Origin: the human T2T-CHM13v2.0 reference genome, Homo sapiens
Assembly (NCBI RefSeq): GCF_009914755.1
Contig: NC_060935.1
Reading direction: 5' to 3' (one strand)
DNA: 64,000 nucleotides
Position 1 is the stretch's first letter. The number at the start of each line of letters is the position of its first letter. The notes under the pieces were generated by a model. The model was not told the origin of the DNA. It searched no databases and saw nothing but the letters and a program-made list of their open reading frames with translations. Position numbers and translations under genes: made by a program. Of this stretch, positions 44,423 through 58,047 are shown piece after piece.

Positions 44423-46353
44423 TAGAAACACTCTTTTTGTAGAATCTGCAAGTGGATATTTGGACGGCTTTGAGGCCTTCATTGGAAACGGGAATATCTT
44501 CACATAAAAACTAGACAGAAGCACTCTCAGAAACTTCTTTTTGATGTGTGCTTTCACCTCGCACAGTGGAACCTGTCTTTTGATAGAGCAGTTTTGAAAC
44601 ATTCTTTCTGTAGAATCTGCAAGAGGACATTTGGAGCGCTTTGAGGGTTATGGTAGAAAAGGAAATATCTTCACAGAAAAATTAGACAGAAGCAGTCTCA
44701 GAAACTTCTTTGTCATGGTTGCTTTCAACTCACAGAGTTGAACATATCTTTATATAGAGTAGTTTTGAAAATTTTTTTTTTAGAATCTGCAAGTGGACAT
44801 TTGGAGCGCTTTGAGGGCAATGGTGTAAAAGGAAATATCTTCACATACAAACTAGACAGAAGGATTCTCAGAAACATCTTTGTGATGTGTGCATTGAACC
44901 TACAGAGTTAAACCTTCCTTTTGATAGAGCAGTTTTGATACACTCTTTCTGCAGAATCTGCAAGTGGATATTTGGACCGCTTTGAAGCCTTCATTGGAAA
45001 CGGGAATATCTTCACATAAAAACTAGACAGAAGCATTCTCAGAAACTTCTTTTTGATGTGTGCATTCAACTCACAGAGTTGAACCTTTCTTTTGATAGAG
45101 CCGTTTTGAAACACTCTTTTTGTAGAATCTGCAAGTGGACATTTGAAGCGCTTTGACGCTTTCGGGGGAAAAGGAAATATCTTCACATAAAAACTAGACA
45201 CAAGCATTCTCAGAAACTACTTTGGGATGCGTGCATTCAACTCACAGAGATGAACCTGTCTTTTGATAGAGCAGTTTTGCAACACTCTTTTTGTAGAATC
45301 TGCAAGTGGATATTTGGACAGCTTTGAGGCCTTTGTAGGAAACGGGAATATATTCACATAAAAACTAGACAGAAGCATTCTCAGAACCTTCTTTGTGACG
45401 TTTGCATTCAACTCACAAAGTTGAACATACCTTTTTATACTGCAGTTTTTAAACACTCTTTTCGTAGAATCTGCAAGTGGATATTTGGAGCGCTTTGAGG
45501 CCTGTGGTAGAAAAGGAAATATCTTCATATAAAAACTAAGCAGAAGCATTCTCAGAAACTAACTTGAGATCTGTGCATTCAGCTCATAGATTTGAACCTT
45601 TCTTTGATAGAGCAGTTTTGAAACACTCTTTTCTAGAATCTGCAAGTGGACCGTAGTAGTGCTTTGAGGGCTATGGTGGAAATGTGAATATCTACAGAGA
45701 AAAACTAGACAGAAGCATTCTCAGAAACTTCTTTGTGATGATTGCATTCAACTCAAACAGTTGAACATACCTTTGGATAGAGCAGTTTTGAAACACTCTT
45801 TTTGTAGAATCTGCAAGTGGATGTTTTGTCTGCTTTGAGGACTTCGTTGGAAAACGGAATAAATTCACATAAAAACTAGACAGATGCATTCTTATAAACT
45901 TCTTTGTGATGTGTATATTCAACTTACAGAGTTGAACCTGTCTTTTAAGAGAGCAGTTTTGAAGCACTCTTTTTGTAGAATCTGGAAGTGGATATTTGGA
46001 CTGCTTTGAGGCCTTCGTTGGAATCAGGAATATCTTCACATAAAAACTAGACAGAAGCATTCTCAGAAACCATTTTGTGATGTGTGCATTCAACTCACAG
46101 ATTTGTACCTTTGTTTTGAAAGAGCAGTTCTGAAACACGCTTTTTGTAGAATCTGCAAGTGGACATTTGGAGCGCTTTGGGGGCTATGGTGGAAAAGGAA
46201 GTATCTTCAAAGAAAAACTAGACAGAAGCATTCTCAGAAACTTCTTTGTGATGATTGCATTGAATCCAAACAGTTGAACATACCTTTTCATAGAGCAGTT
46301 TTGAAACACTCTTTTTTAGAATCTGCAAGTGGATATTTGGACTGCTTTGAGGC

Positions 46354-46370
46354 CTTCGTTGGAAACGGGA
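46354..46370 (+). other. CENP-B box
   Basis: CTTCGTTGGAAACGGGA. Confidence 0.93.
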
Positions 46371-48575
46371 ATATCTTCACATAAAAAATTAGACAGAAGC
46401 ATTCTCAGAAACTACTTTGTGATGTCTGCATTCAACTCACAGAGTTGAACCTGTCTTTTGATGAAGCAGTTTTGAAACACTCTTTTTGTAGAATCTGCAA
46501 GTGGACATTTGGAGCACTCTGAGGGCTATGGTGGAAAAGGAAATTTCTTCACCTAAAAATTAGACAGAAGCATTCTCAGAAACTTCCTCTTGATGTTTGC
46601 ATTCAACTCACAGAGTTGAATATACCTTTTCATAGAGCAGTTTTGAAACACTCTTTTTGTAGAATCTGCAAGTGTATATTTGGAACCGCTTTTGAGGCGT
46701 TTGTTGGAAATGGGAATATCTTCACCTAAAAACTAGACAGAAACATTCTCAGAAACTTCTTTTTGACGTGTGCTTTCAACTCGCACATTTGAACCTCTCT
46801 TTGGATAGAGCAGTTTTGAAACACTCTTTTTGTAGTCTGCAAGTGGACATTTGGAGCACTGTGAGGGCTATGGTGGAAAAGGAAATTTCTTCACCTAAAA
46901 ATTAGACAGAAGCATTCTCGGAAACTTCCTCTTGATGTTTGCATTCAACTCACAGAGTTGAATATACCTTTTCATAGAGCAGTTTTGAAACACTCTTTTT
47001 GTAGAATCTGCAAGTGGACATTTGGAGCCTTTGAGGGTTATGGTAGAAAAGGAAATATCTTCACAGAAAAATTAGACAGAAGCAGTCTCAGAAACTTCTT
47101 TGTGATGGTTGCTTTCCTCTCACAGAGTTGAACATATCTTTTTATAGAGCAGTTTTGAAACATTTTTTTTTTGTAGAATCTGCAAGTGGACATTTGGAGC
47201 GCTTTGAGGGCAATGGTGTAAAAGGAAATATCTTCACATACAAACTAGACAGAAGGATTCTCAGAAACATCTTTGTGATGTGTGCATTGAACCTACAGAG
47301 TTAAACCTTCCTTTTGATAGAGCAGTTTTGATACAGTCTTTCTGCAGGATCTGCAAGCAGATATTTGGACCGCTTTGAAGCCTTCACTGGAAACGGGAAT
47401 ATCTTCACATAAAAACTAGACAGAAGCATTCTCAGAAACTTCTTTTTGATGTGTGCATTCAACTCACAGAGTTGAACCTTTCTTTTGATAGAGCCGTTTT
47501 GAAACACTCTTTTTGTAGAATCTGCAAGTGGACATTTGAAGCGCTTTGACGCTTTCGGGGGAAAAGGAAATATCTTCACATAAAAACTAGACACAAGCAT
47601 TCTCAGAAACTACTTTGGGATGCGTGCATTCAACTCACAGAGTTGAACCTGTCTTTTGATAGAGCAGTTTTGAAACACTTTTTTTTGTGGAATCTGCAAG
47701 TGGATATTTGGAACGCTTTGAGGCCTTTGTAGGAAACGGGAATATATTCACATAAAAACTAGACAGAAGCATTCTCAGGACCTTCTTTGTGACGTTTGCA
47801 TTCAACTCACAAAGTTGAACATACCTTTTTATACTGCAGTTTTTAAACACTCTTTTTGTAGAATCTGCAAGTGGATATTTGGAGCGCTTTGAGGCCTATG
47901 GTAGAAAAGGAAATATCTTCATATAAAAACTAGGCAGAAGCATTCTCAGAAACTAATTTGAGATGTGTGCATTCAACTCACAGAGTTGAACCTTTCTTTT
48001 GATAGAGCAGTTTTGAAACACTCTTTTTTGGAATCTGCAAGTGGACCGTAGTAGCACTTTGAGGGCTATGGTGGAAATGCGAATATCTACACAGAAAAAC
48101 TAGACAGAAGCATTCTCAGAAACGTCTTTGTGATGATTGCATTCAGCTCACAGGGTTGAACATACCTTTTCTTAGAGTAGTTTTGAAACACTCTTTTTAT
48201 AGAATCTGCAAGTGGATATATGGACCGCCTTGAGGCCTTCGTTGGAAAAGGGAATATCTTCATATAAAAAAAAGGCAGAAGCATTCTTAGAAACTTCTTT
48301 GTGATGTGTGCATTCAAATCACAGATTTGAAACTTCCTTTTGGTAGAGCGGTTATGAAACACTCTTTGTAGAATCTGCAAGTGGATATTTGGAGCGCTTT
48401 GAGGTCTACGGTTGAAACAGGAATATCTTCCCATATAACATAGACAGAAGCGTTCCTAGAAACTTCTTTGTGATGTGTGCATTCACCACACGGAGTTGAA
48501 CATTTCTTTTGATAGAGCAGTTTTTAAATACTCTTTTTGTATATCTGCAAGTGGATATTTGTACTGCTCTGAGGC

Positions 48576-48592
48576 CTTCGTTGGAAACGGGA
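48576..48592 (+). other. CENP-B box
   Basis: CTTCGTTGGAAACGGGA. Confidence 0.93.
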
Positions 48593-50113
48593 ATAACTTC
48601 GCATAAAAACTAGAATGAAGCATTCTCAGAAACTTCTTTTTGATATGTGCATTCAACGAACAGAGCTGAACCTGTCTTTTGATAGAGCAGTTTTGAAAAA
48701 CCCTTTTTGTAGAATATGCAAGTGGACATTTGAAGTGCTCTGAGGTCTATGATGGAAAAGGAAGTATCTTCACCTAAAAACTAGACAGAAGCATTCTCAG
48801 AAACTTCTTTGTGATGATTGCATTCAGTTCACAGTGTTGAACATACCTTTTCATAGAGCAGTTTTGAAACATTCTTTTTGTAGAATCAGCAAGTGGATAT
48901 TTGGAGCACTTTGAGGACTATGGTTGAAACGGGAATATCTTCACTTAAAATCTAGACAGAAGCATTCTCAGAAACTTCTTTGTGATGTTTGCATTCAACC
49001 CACAGAGTTGAACATACCTTTTCATAGAGCAGTTTTGAAACACTCTTTTTGAAGAATCTGCAATGGATATTTGGACTGCTTTGAGGCCTTCTTTAGAAAC
49101 GGGAATATCTTCACATAAAAATTAGACAGAAGCCTTCTCAGAAACTTCATTTTGATGTGTGCATTCAACTCACAGAGTTGAACCTTCGTTTTGATAGAGC
49201 AGTTTTCAAACACTCTCTTTGTAGAATCTGCCAGTGGATATTTGGAGCGCTTTGAGGCCTACTGTAGAAAAGGAAATATCTTCATAAAAAAACTGGACAA
49301 AAGAATTATCAGAAACTTATTTGTGATGTGTGCATTCAACTCACAGAGTTGAATCTTTCTTTTTATGGCTCAGTTATGAAACACTCTTTTCGTAAAATCT
49401 GCAAGTGGATATTTGGAGTGATTTGAGGCTTATGGTAGAAATGCAAAAATCTTCATATAAAAAGTAGACAGAAGCATTCTCAGAATCTACTTTGCGATGT
49501 GTGCATTCAACTCACAGAGTTGAACTTTTCTTTTGATAGAGCAGTTTTGAAACACTCTTGTTTTAAAATCTGCAAGTGGACATTTGGAGCGCTTTGAGGG
49601 CTATGGTGGAAAAGGAAGTATCTTCACATAAAAACTAGACAGAAGCATTCTCAGAAACTTCTTTTTGATGTGTGTATTCAACTCACAGTGTTGAACCTTC
49701 CTTTTGATAGAGCAGTTATGAAACAGTCTTTTTGTAGAATCTGCAAGTGGATATTTGGAGCATTTTGAGGCCTACGGTTGAAACGGGAATATCTTCACAT
49801 AAAAACTAGACAGAAGCATTAGCAGAAACTTCTTTGTTATGTGTGGATTCAACTCACAGAGTTGAACCTTTGTTTTGATAGAGCAGTTTTGATACACTCT
49901 TTTTGTAGAATCTGCAAGGGGATATTTGGACTGCTTTGAGGCCTTCGTTTGAAACAGGAATATCTTCACATAAAAACTAGACAGAATTATTCTCAGAAAC
50001 TTCTTTGTGATGATTGCATTCAAATCATAGAGTTGAACGTACATTTTCATAGAGCAGTTTTGAAACACTCTTTTTGTAGAATCTGCAATTGGATATTGGG
50101 ACCGCTTTGAGGC

Positions 50114-50130
50114 CTTCGTTGGAAACGGGA
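50114..50130 (+). other. CENP-B box
   Basis: CTTCGTTGGAAACGGGA. Confidence 0.93.
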
Positions 50131-52159
50131 ATATTTTCACATAAAAACTAGACAGAAGCATTCTCAGGAGCTTCTTTGCAATGTGTGCCTTCAACTCATC
50201 GAGTTGAACCTTCCTTTTGATAGAGCGGTTTTGAAACACTCTTTTTGAAGAATCTGCAAGTGTATATTTGGACTGCTTTGAGCCCTTCATTGGAAACGGG
50301 AATATCTTCACATAAAAACTAGACAGAAGCATTCTCAGGAGCTTCTTTGCAATGTGTGCCTTCAACTCATCGAGTTGAACCTTCCTTTTGATAGAGCAGT
50401 TTTGAAACACTCTTTTTGAAGAATCTGCAAGTGGATATTTGGACTGCTTTGAGCCCTTCATTGGAAACGGGAATATCTTCACATAAAAACTAGACAGAAG
50501 CATTCTCAGAAATTTCTATGTTATGTGTGCATTCAACTCACAGAGTTAAACCTTCCCTCTGATAGAGCAGTTTGAAACACTCCTTTTGTAGAATCTGCAA
50601 GTGGATATTTGGACTGCTTTTAGCCCTTCATTGGAAACGGGAATATCTTCACATAAAAACTAGACAGAAGTATTCTGAGAAATTTCTCTGTGATGTATGT
50701 GTTCAACTCACAGAGTTAAACCTTCCCTTTGATAGAGCAGTTTGAAACACTCCTTTTGTAGAATCTGCAAGTGGATATTTGGACTGCTTTTAGCCCTTCA
50801 TTGGAAACGGGAATATCTTCACAGTAAAACTAGACAGAAACATTCTCAGAAACTTCTTTGTGATGCGTGCATTCAACTCACAGAGTTGAATCTTCCTTTT
50901 GATAGAGGACTTTTGGAACACTCTTTTTTAGAATCTGCAAGTGGATATTTGGAGCGCTTTGAGGACTATGGTAGAAAAGCAAATATCTTCATGTAAAACT
51001 AGACAGAAGCATTCTCAGAAACTTCTTTGTGATGTGTGCATTCAACTAACAGAGTTGAACTTTTCTTTTGATAGAGCAGTTTTGAAACACTCTCTTTTTA
51101 GAATCTGCAATTGGATATTTGGAACACCATGAGGCCTACGTTTGAAACGGAAATATCTTCACGTAAAAACTAGACAGAAGCATTCACAGAAACTTCTTTG
51201 TGATTTGTGAATTCAACTCACTGAGTTGAAACTTCCATTTGGTAGAGCAGTTTTGAAACACTTTTTTTAAAGAATCTGCAAGTGGGTATTTGGAGAGCTT
51301 TGAGGACTGTGTTAGAAAAGCAAATATCTTCGTGTAAAAACTAAACAGAAGGATTCTCAGAAATTTCTTTTGATGTGTGCATTCAACTAACAGAGTGGAA
51401 CTTTTCTTTTGAGAGAGCCGTTTTGAAACACTCTTTTTGTAGAATCTGCAAGTCGATATTGGGACCGCTTTGAGACCTTCGTTGGAAACAGGAATATCTT
51501 CACGTAAAAACTAGACAGAAGCATTCTCAGAAACTTCTTTGTGATGTGTGCATTCAAATCACAAAGTTGAACCTTCCTTTTTATGAGCGGTTTTGAAAAC
51601 CTCTTTTTATAGAGTCTGCAAGTGGATATTTGGAGCACTTTGAGGCCTATGTTTGAAACGGGAATATCTTCATATAAAAACTAGACAGAAGCATTCTCAG
51701 AAACTTCTTTCTTACGTGTGCATTCAACTCACTGAGTTGAACCTTTCTTTTGGTAGAGCAGTTCTGAAACACTCTTTTTTTAGAATCTGCAAGTGGATAT
51801 TTGGACTGCTTTGAGGCCTTTGTTGGAAACGGGAATATCGTCACATAAAAAATAGGCAGAAGCATTCTCAGGAACTTCTTTGTTATGTGTCCAATCAAAT
51901 CGCAGAGTTGAACCTTCCCTTTAATAGAGCAGTTTTGAAACACTCTTTTTGTAGAATCTGCAAGTGGATATTTGGAGCACTTTGAGGCCTTCTGTTGAAA
52001 TGGTAATATCTTCACCTAAAAACTAGAAAGAAGAATTCTCAGACACTTCTTTGTGATGTGTGCATTCAACTCACAGAATTGAACCTTCCTTTTGATAGAG
52101 AAGTTTTGAAACACTCTTTTTGTGGAATCTGCAAGTGGATATTTACTCTGCTTTGAGGA

Positions 52160-52176
52160 CTTCGTTGGAAACGGGA
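52160..52176 (+). other. CENP-B box
   Basis: CTTCGTTGGAAACGGGA. Confidence 0.93.
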
Positions 52177-52278
52177 ATATCTCCACATAAAAACTAGACA
52201 GAAGAATTCTCAGGAATGACTTTGATATGTGTGCATTAAACTCACAGAGTTGAACCTTCCTTTAGATAGAGCAGCTTT

Positions 52279-52293
52279 GAAACACTCTTTTTG
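52279..52293. repeat. Left TSD of the third L1 (partner 53200-53214)
   Basis: GAAACACTCTTTTTG on both sides, and monomer register is restored when the insert plus one copy is removed. Confidence 0.9.
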
Positions 52294-53199
52294 GACATTT
52301 GGGTTGGTTCCAAGTCTTTGCTATTATGAATAATGCCGCAATTAACATACGTGTGCATGTGTCTTTATAGCAGCATGATTTATAGTCCTTTGGGTATATA
52401 CCCAGTAATGGTTTGCCTGGGTGAAATGGTATTTCTAGTGCTAGATCCCTGAGGAATTGCCACACTGACTTCCACAATGGTTGAACTAGTTTACAGTCCC
52501 ACCAACAGTGTAAAAGTGTTCCTATTTCTCCGCATCCTCTCCAGCACCTGTTGTTTCCTGACTTTTTAATGATTGCCATTCTAACTGGTGCAAAATGGTA
52601 TCTCATTGTGGTTTTGATTTCCATTTCTCCGATGGTCAGTGATGGTGAGCATTTTTTCATGTGTTTCTTGGCTGCATAAATGTCTTCTTTTGAGAAGTGT
52701 CTGTTCATGTCCTTTGCCCACTTTTTGATGGGGTTGTTTGTTTTATTCTTGTAAATTTGTTTGAGTTCATTGCCCAACAATGATAGACTGGATTAAGAAA
52801 ATGTGGCACATATACACCATGGAATACTAGGCAGCCATAAAAAATGATGAGTTCATGTCCTTTGTAGGGACATGGATGGAATTGCAAATCTTCATTCTCA
52901 GTAAACTATTGCAAGAACAAAAAACCAAACACCGCATATTCTCACTCATAGGTGGGAATTGATCAATGAGAACACATGGACACAGGAAGGGAAACATTAC
53001 ACTCTGAGGACTGTTGTGGGCTGGGGGGAGGGGAGAGGGATAGCACTGGGAGATATACCTAATGTTAGATGACGAGTTAGTGGGTGCAGCGCACCAGCAT
53101 GGCACATGTATACATATGTAACTAACCTGCACACTGTGCAAATGTACCCTAAAACTTAAAGTATCATAATAAATAAATAAATAAATAAATAAATAAAAA
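52294..53199 (+). mobile_element. 5'-truncated, 5'-inverted LINE-1 (L1PA3-like, ~0.9 kb)
   Basis: Antisense ORF2 piece at 52294-52772, then sense ORF2 end plus 3'UTR at 52773-53165, then an A-rich tail. The 3'UTR shows GAG, GAGAACACATGG and CTTAAAGTA (older variants). Confidence 0.92.
53166..53199 (+). repeat. (AAAT)n microsatellite derived from the L1 poly(A) tail
   Basis: ATAATAAATAAATAAATAAATAAATAAATAAAAA. Confidence 0.93.
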
Positions 53200-53592
53200 G
53201 AAACACTCTTTTTGTAGAATCTGCAAGTCTATATTGGGACCGCTTTGAGGCTTTCATTGGAAACGGGAATATCTTGACAAAAAACTAGACAGAACCATTC
53301 TCAGAAACTCCTTTGTGATGTGTGCATTCAACTCACAGAGTTGAACCTTCCTTTTGATAGAGTACTTTTGAAACACTCTTTTTGTAGAATCTGCAAGTGG
53401 ATATGTGGAGCACTTAGAGGCCTATGGTTGAAACGGGAATATCTTCACATAAAAAGTAGACAGAATTATTCTCAGAAACTTCTTTGTGATGTGTGCATTC
53501 AACTCACAGAGTTGAACCTTCCTTTTGATACAGAAGTTTTGAAACACTATTTTTGTAAAATCTGCAAGTTGATATTTGGACTGCATTGAGGC

Positions 53593-53609
53593 TTTCGTTG
53601 GAAACGGGA
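53593..53609 (+). other. CENP-B box
   Basis: TTTCGTTGGAAACGGGA. Confidence 0.92.
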
Positions 53610-56600
53610 ATATCTCTGCATAAAAACTAGACAGAAGCATTCTCAGGAAAGTCTTTGTTATGTGTGCATTAAACTCACAGTGTTGAACCTTCCTTTTGAT
53701 AGAGCAGTTTTGAAACACTCTTTTGGTAGAATCTGCAAGTGGATATTTGGACTGCTTTGAGGCATTCAGTGGAAACGGGAATATCTTCACCTTAAAACTA
53801 GGCAGAAGCATTCTCGGAAACTTCTTTGTGATGTGCGCATTGAACTCACAGAGATGAACGTTCCTTTTGATAGAGCATTTTTGAAACTCTCTTTTTATAG
53901 AATCTGCAAATGGATATTGGGACCACTTTGCGGCCTAAGGTTGAAACGGTAGTATCTTCACATAAAAACCAGACAGAAGCATTCTCAGAAACTTCTTTGT
54001 GATGACTGAATTCAACTCACAGAGTTGAACATACCTTTTCATAGAGCAGTTTTGAAATACTCTTTTTGTAGAATCTGCAAGTGGATATTAGGACTGCTTT
54101 GAGGGTTTCTTTGGAAATGGGAATATCTTCACATAAAAACTAGACAGAAGCATTCTCAGGAACTTCGTTGTGATGTTTGCATTCAATTCACAGATTTGAA
54201 CCTTCCTTTTCATAGCGCAGTTTTGAAACACTCTTTTTGTAGAATCTGCAATTGGATATTTAGACTGCTTTTTGGCCTTCGTTGCAAATAGGAATATCTT
54301 CACGTAAAATGTAGACAGAAGAATTCTCAGAAACTATTTTGTTATGTGTGCATTGAACTCACAGAGTTGAACCTTCCTTTTGATAAAGCAGTTTTGAAAC
54401 AGTCTTTTTGTAGAATCTGCATGTGGATATTTGGACTACTCTGAGGTCTTTGTTGGAAACAGGAATATCTCCACATGAAAACTAGACAGAAGCATTCTCA
54501 GGAACTTCTTTGTTAAGTGAGCACTAAACTCACAGAATTGAACCTTCCTTATGATAGAGCAGTTTCGAAACACTCTTTTTGTAGAATCTGCAAGTGGACA
54601 TTTGGACTGCTTTGAGGCCTTCATTGGAAACGGGAAAATCTTCACATTAAAACTGGACAGAAGCATTCTCAGAAACTTCTTTACGATGTGTGCATTCAAC
54701 TCACAGAGTTGAACCTTCCTTTTGAGAGAGCAGTTTTGCAACACTCTTTTTGTAGAATCTGCAAGTGGATATTTGGAGTATTTTGAAGCCTACGGTTGAA
54801 ACGGAAATATCTTCACATAAAAACTAGACAGAATCATTCTCAGAAACTCCTTTGTGGTGTGTGCATTCAACTCACAGAGTTGAAACTCCCTTTTGATAGA
54901 GCAGTTGTGAAACACTCTTTTTGTAGAATCTGCAAGTGGATATTTGGATTGATTTGAGGCTTTCATTGGAAACCGGAATATCTTCACTTAAAAACTAGAC
55001 AGAATTATTCTCAGGAACTTCTTTGTCATGGTTGCATTCAATTCACAGAATTGAACCTTCCTTTTGATAGAGCAGTTTTGAAACATTCTTTCTGTAGTAT
55101 CTGCAAGGGGATATTTGGAATGCTTTGAGGCCTTCTAGGAAACGGGAATATCTTCACATAAAATGTAAACAGAAGAATTCTCAGAAACTACTTTGTTATG
55201 GGTGCATTCAATTCACAGATTGGAACCTTCCTTTTGATAGAGCAGTTTTAAAACACTCTTTTTGTAGAGTTTGCAAGTGGATATTTGGACTGCTTTGAGG
55301 CCTTCCTTGGAAATGGGAATAACTTCACATAAAAACTAGACAGAAGCATTCACAGAAACTTCTTTGTTATGTGTGCATTCAACTCACAGAGTTGACCCTT
55401 CCTTTTAAAAGAGCAGTTTTGAAACACATTTTTTGTAGAATCTGCAAGTGGATATTTGGAGCACTTTGAGGCCTACTCTTGTAATGGGATTACCTTCACA
55501 CAAAGACTAGAAGAAGCATTCTAAGAAACTACTTTGTGATGTGTGCATTCAACGCACAGAGTTCAAACCTCCTTTTGATAGAGCAGTTTTGAAACACTAT
55601 TTTTGTAAAATCTGCAAGTGGATATTTGAAGCGCTTTGAGGCCTATGGTGGAAAACCAAATATCTCCATATAAAAACTAGACAGAAACATTCTCAGAATC
55701 TAATCTGTGATATGTGCATTCAACTCAGAGTTGACCTTTCCTTTTGATAGAGCAGTTTTGAAACACTCTTTTTGTAGAAAATGAAGTTGATATTTGGAGG
55801 GCTTTCAGGGCTATGGTGGAAAAGGAAGTATCCTCACATAAAAACTAGACAGAAGCATTCTCAGACACTTGTTTGTGATAATTCCATTCAGCTCACAGAG
55901 TTGAACATACCTTTTCATAGAGCTGTTTTGAAACAATCTTTTTGTACAATCTGCAAGTGGATATTGGGACCCCTTTGAGCCCTTCATTGAAAAAGGGAAT
56001 GTCTTCACATGAAAACTAGAAAGAAGCATTCTCAGAAAGTTCTTTATGATGTGTGCATTCAACTCACAGAGTTGAACCTTCCTTTTGATAGAGCGCTATT
56101 GGAACACTCTTTTTGTAGAATCTACAAGTGGATATTTGGAGCATATTGAGGCCAACGGTTGAAACGGGAATATCTTCACATAAAAACTAGACAGAAGCAT
56201 TCTCAGAAAATTCTTTGTATGTGTGCATTCAACTCACACAATTGAACCTTGATTTTGATAGAGCAGTTTTGAAGCACTCTTTTTGTAGAATCTGCAAGTG
56301 GATATTTGGAGCACTTTGAAGCCTATGGTTGAAACGGGAATATCTTCACATAAAAACTAGACAGATGCATTCTCAGAAACTTCTTTGTAATGTGTGCATT
56401 CAACTCACAGAGTTGAACCTTCCTTTTGATAGAGCAGTTTTGGAACACTCTTTTTGTAGAATCTGCAGGTGGATATTTGGAGCGCTTTCAGGCTTATGGT
56501 AGAAATGCAAATATCTTCATATAAAAACTAGACAGAAGCATTCTCAGAAACTACTTTGTGATGTGTGCATTCAACTCACAGAGTTGAATTTTTCTTTTGA

Positions 56601-58030
56601 TAGAGTAGTTTTGAAACACTCTTTTTGTAGAATCTGCAAGTGGACATTTGGAGCGCTTTTAGGGCTATGATGGAAAAGGTAGTATCTTCACATAAAAGCT
56701 AGACAGAAGCATTCTCTGGAAATTCCTTGTGATTATTGCATTCAACTCACAGAGTTGAACATATCTTTTCATAGAGCAGTTTTGAATCTCTCTTTTGTAG
56801 AATCTGCTAGTGGATATTGGGACTGCTTTGAGGCCCTCGTTGGAAACGGGAATATATTCACATAAAAACTAGACAGAACCATTCTCAGAAACTTCTTTGT
56901 GATGTGTGCATTCAGTTCACAGAGTTGAACGTACCTTTTCATAGAGCAGTTTTGAAACACTTTTTTTGTACAATCTACAAGTGGATATTTGGAGCACATT
57001 GAGGCCTATGGTGAAAAAGGAAATATCTTCACATAAAAACTAGACAGCAGCATTCTCAGAATCTTTTCTGTGATGTGTGCATTCACCTCACAGTTTTGAA
57101 ACTTCCCTTTGATAGAGCAGTTTTGAAACACTCTTTTTAAAGAATCTGCAAGTGGATATTTTGACCGCTTTGAGGCCTAAGGTTGAAACGGGCATATATT
57201 CACATAAAAACTAGACAGAAGCATTCTCAGAAACATCTTTATGATGATTGCATTCAACTCACAGAGTTGAAGATATCTTTTCATAGAGTAGTTTTCAAAA
57301 ACTCTTTTTGTAGAATCTGCTAGAGGATATTGGGACTGCTTTGGGGCCTTCTTTGGAAACGGGAATATCTTCACATGAAAACTAGAGAGAAGAATTCTCA
57401 GAAACTTCTTTGTGATGTGTGCATTCAAATCACAGAGTTGAACCTTCCTTTTGATTGAGCAGTTTTGAAACACTCTTTTTGTTGAATCTGCAAGTGAATA
57501 TTTGGAGCACTTTGTGGACTACATTTGAAACGGGAATATCTTCACATAAAAATTAGACAGAAGCATTCTCACAAACTTCTTTCTTATGTGTGCATTCGAC
57601 TAACGGAGTTGAAACTTTCTTTTGGTAGAGCAGTTTTGAAAGACTCTTTTTGTAGAATCTGCAAGTGGATATTAGGTCTGCTTTGAGGTGTTTGTTGGAA
57701 ACGGGAATATCCTCACATAAAAAGTAGACAGAAGCATTCTCAGGAACTCCTTCGTATGTTTGCATTGAAATCACAGAGTTGAACCTTCCTTTCTATAGAG
57801 CAGTTTTGAAACACACTTTTTGTAGAACCTGCATGTTTATATTTGGACTGCTTTGAGGCCTTCGCTGGAAATGGGAATATCGTCACCTAAAAACAAGACA
57901 GAAGCATTCTAAGAAACTTCTTTGTTACGTGTGCATTCAACTCACAGAGTTGAACCTTCCTTTTGATATAGAAGTATTGAAACTCTGTTTTTGCAGAACC
58001 TCCAAGTGCATATTTGGATGGCTTTGAGGC

Positions 58031-58047
58031 CTTCGTTGGAAACGGGA
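58031..58047 (+). other. CENP-B box
   Basis: CTTCGTTGGAAACGGGA. Confidence 0.93.

Noticed and set aside
52262-52780. 172-aa ORF resembling the ORF2 C-terminus
   Set aside because: Inverted fragment of a truncated L1 running into satellite, with a non-ATG junction-derived start.
52771-52810. Third L1's inversion breakpoint lies ~20 nt from the L1 position where the nested element inserted in the outer L1
   Set aside because: The two events have different mechanisms (RNA priming versus DNA nicking), and a single coincidence is not supportable.
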